Of a stretch of DNA of 64,000 bases, positions 62,264-64,000 are shown in pieces (the first letter of the stretch is position 1; each line of letters begins with the position of its first letter). The notes beneath the pieces were generated by a model. That model searched no databases. It saw only the letters and a list, made by a program, of their open reading frames with translations, and was not told where the DNA came from. Source of the DNA: an uncultured Desulfarculales bacterium (lineage in GTDB: Bacteria; Desulfobacterota; Desulfarculia; Desulfarculales; JAHJDS01); NCBI GenBank assembly GCA_964569795.1, contig CAZMVB010000008.1, positions 12,303 to 76,302 on the forward strand. Reading direction: 5' to 3'. The position numbers and the translations under genes were made by a program.

Positions 62264-64000
62264 TTACAACGGCCAGCCCTGCCGCTCGATCACCTTGTCG
62301 GCGATCAGCCGGCGGCGGGCAACCCCGTTTTCAGGACGGAAGGCCAGCAGCCAATCGATCCGGGACAGGAGTGTAAGCAGGTCGTCGCCCTCGGCCAAAT
62401 AGGCCGCCGCGTCCTCGGCCCACCACTTACAAAAAACCGCAAACCGGTGGGCCTCGGCCTCGACCATGGCCGCCAGCAGCAGGGCCCGGTCGTCGGCCGG
62501 ATCGGGCCCGACCTTCTTGGCCCGGAGCCAGCCCGACTCGAGCGAAAAAATCTGGATGATCATGTCCGCCAGCCGTCCCAGGACCTCCTGCTCCTCCTTG
62601 ATGGCGGTGGTAAATTTCTCGGCGGCCAGACCGGCCACCAGGAGCACGGCCTTTTTTGCGTTTTCCAGGAGATGACCCACCGCGGCCAGGGGCGAGGGGG
62701 GGGCCGGCGGATCGCCGGGATCGGCCGCCTCGGCCCTGACCCGGCCCACGGCCTCGATCAGGGGGAGCCGCCCCGTCATCGCCCGCTTGAGGATCATCCC
62801 GGGGATGAGCAGGCGGTTGATCTCGTTGGTCCCCTCGAAGATGCGGGCCACCCGGGCGTCCCGGTAATGGGCCTGGGCCGGGTATTCGGTCAAAAAACCG
62901 TTGCCGCCCATGATCTGGACGAACTCGTCCACGCAATAATCCATGGTCTCGGAGCCGAAGACCTTGTTCACCGAACACTCGACCGCGTACTCCTCGATGG
63001 CCCGGGCCGTCTGCCGGCCGGCGTCCGGGGCCTCGTCGTCCACCCCGGCCAGGTTGTCCTGGATCTTGCCTGCGGTGCGATAGACCATGGATTCGGTCAG
63101 AAAGATGAGGGTGGCCATCCGGGCCAGTTTTTCGTAAACCAGGCCGAACGAGGCGATGGGCCGGCCGAACTGGTGGCGCTCGGCGGCGTATCGGGTCGCC
63201 TCGGCCAGGACGGCCTTGCAGGTGCCCACGGCCGCCGCGGCCAGCTTGTACCGCCCGATGTTGAGGACGTTCAGGGCGACCTGATGTCCCTTACCCACCT
63301 CGTGCAGGAGGTTGGCCGCCGGCACCCGGACGTCCTTGAGGATCAGCCCCCGGGTCGAGGAGCCGGGCAGGCCCATCTTGCTCAGTTCGTGCGTGGTGGA
63401 CACGCCGGAAAAATTTTTATCGACCACAAAGGCGCTGAACTTGTCGCCGTCCACCTGGGCATAGACGGTGAACACGTCGGCCAGGCCGGCGTTGGTGATG
63501 AACCACTTGGTCCCGTTGAGGACGTAATGATCGCCCCGAAAATCGGCCCGGGTCTTGGCCGCCAGGGCGTCCGAGCCCGAGTCCTTCTCGGTCAGGGCGT
63601 AGGCGGCCACCAGTTCTCCCGAGCACAGGCCGGGCAGGTATTTCTGTTTGACCTGGGGGGTGCCGAACAAGACCAGGGGCAGGATGCCGATGCCCGAGTG
63701 ATCGGTGTGGGTGATGCTGAACGATCCGGCCGGGCCCAGGCCCTCGGTGACCAGGGCGGTCGAGATCTTGTCCAGTCCGCCGCCGCCGAATTTTTTCGGG
63801 ACGTCGGTGCCGTTGAGTCCCATCTGGCCGGCCCGGCGGACCAGGGACCGGGCCAGGTCGATGTCCAGGCCCTCGAGGCGGGCCTTGACCGGGGCGACCT
63901 CGTCGGCCACGAAGCGGTCTGCCTTCTGGCGAATCCGGCGGTGGTCCTCGGTGAAATCCTCGGGTGAGAAGGCGCTGGGGGGGGAGGCCAGCAGCCAGCC
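62264..64000 (-). CDS. Acyl-CoA dehydrogenase (FadE-like long form), 5' end outside the window
   Basis: PEDFTE, YALTEKDSGSDA, GTKWFITN, LNIGRYKL, ARIFEGTNEINR; frame is open to position 64000. Confidence 0.93.
   Translation of the reverse strand, partial: GWLLASPPSAFSPEDFTEDHRRIRQKADRFVADEVAPVKARLEGLDIDLARSLVRRAGQMGLNGTDVPKKFGGGGLDKISTALVTEGLGPAGSFSITHTDHSGIGILPLVLFGTPQVKQKYLPGLCSGELVAAYALTEKDSGSDALAAKTRADFRGDHYVLNGTKWFITNAGLADVFTVYAQVDGDKFSAFVVDKNFSGVSTTHELSKMGLPGSSTRGLILKDVRVPAANLLHEVGKGHQVALNVLNIGRYKLAAAAVGTCKAVLAEATRYAAERHQFGRPIASFGLVYEKLARMATLIFLTESMVYRTAGKIQDNLAGVDDEAPDAGRQTARAIEEYAVECSVNKVFGSETMDYCVDEFVQIMGGNGFLTEYPAQAHYRDARVARIFEGTNEINRLLIPGMILKRAMTGRLPLIEAVGRVRAEAADPGDPPAPPSPLAAVGHLLENAKKAVLLVAGLAAEKFTTAIKEEQEVLGRLADMIIQIFSLESGWLRAKKVGPDPADDRALLLAAMVEAEAHRFAVFCKWWAEDAAAYLAEGDDLLTLLSRIDWLLAFRPENGVARRRLIADKVIERQGWPL

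Overview
GC-rich bacterial chromosomal segment, most consistent with an anaerobic deltaproteobacterium (Desulfobacterota-like; inferred from the gene set and sigma54 promoters). It is mostly core metabolism: Fe-alcohol dehydrogenase/SCP2/znuCB, fumC plus a Liv-type ABC transporter, DUF438 and hemerythrin proteins, glgC, lpdA/gcvH, a kdnB-like/kdnA/kdsB (Kdo8N) cluster, a membrane FeS oxidoreductase, alaS-recA-thpR-cinA, fabH, an aroDEC plus futalosine (mqn) menaquinone supercluster, a stand-alone fusA, TPR proteins, icmF with a TetR regulator, and an acyl-CoA dehydrogenase. No rRNA, tRNA, CRISPR array or transposase was recognised. Best leads: (1) a complete Trp leader-peptide attenuator (RWWRWWWR) whose immediate target is a single 75-aa AbrB/MazE-like gene rather than trp genes; (2) a monocistronic secreted, strongly cationic 10-Cys ladder mini-protein; (3) a ~2 kb lower-GC insertion splitting cinA-thpR that pairs membrane proteins (one PycTM-like) with Lys/Pro-rich micropeptides; (4) inverted REP-like arrays bracketing gcvH; (5) a ~200-nt five-hairpin leader upstream of the fusA paralogue. 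All family assignments come from motif recognition by eye; no database search was run.
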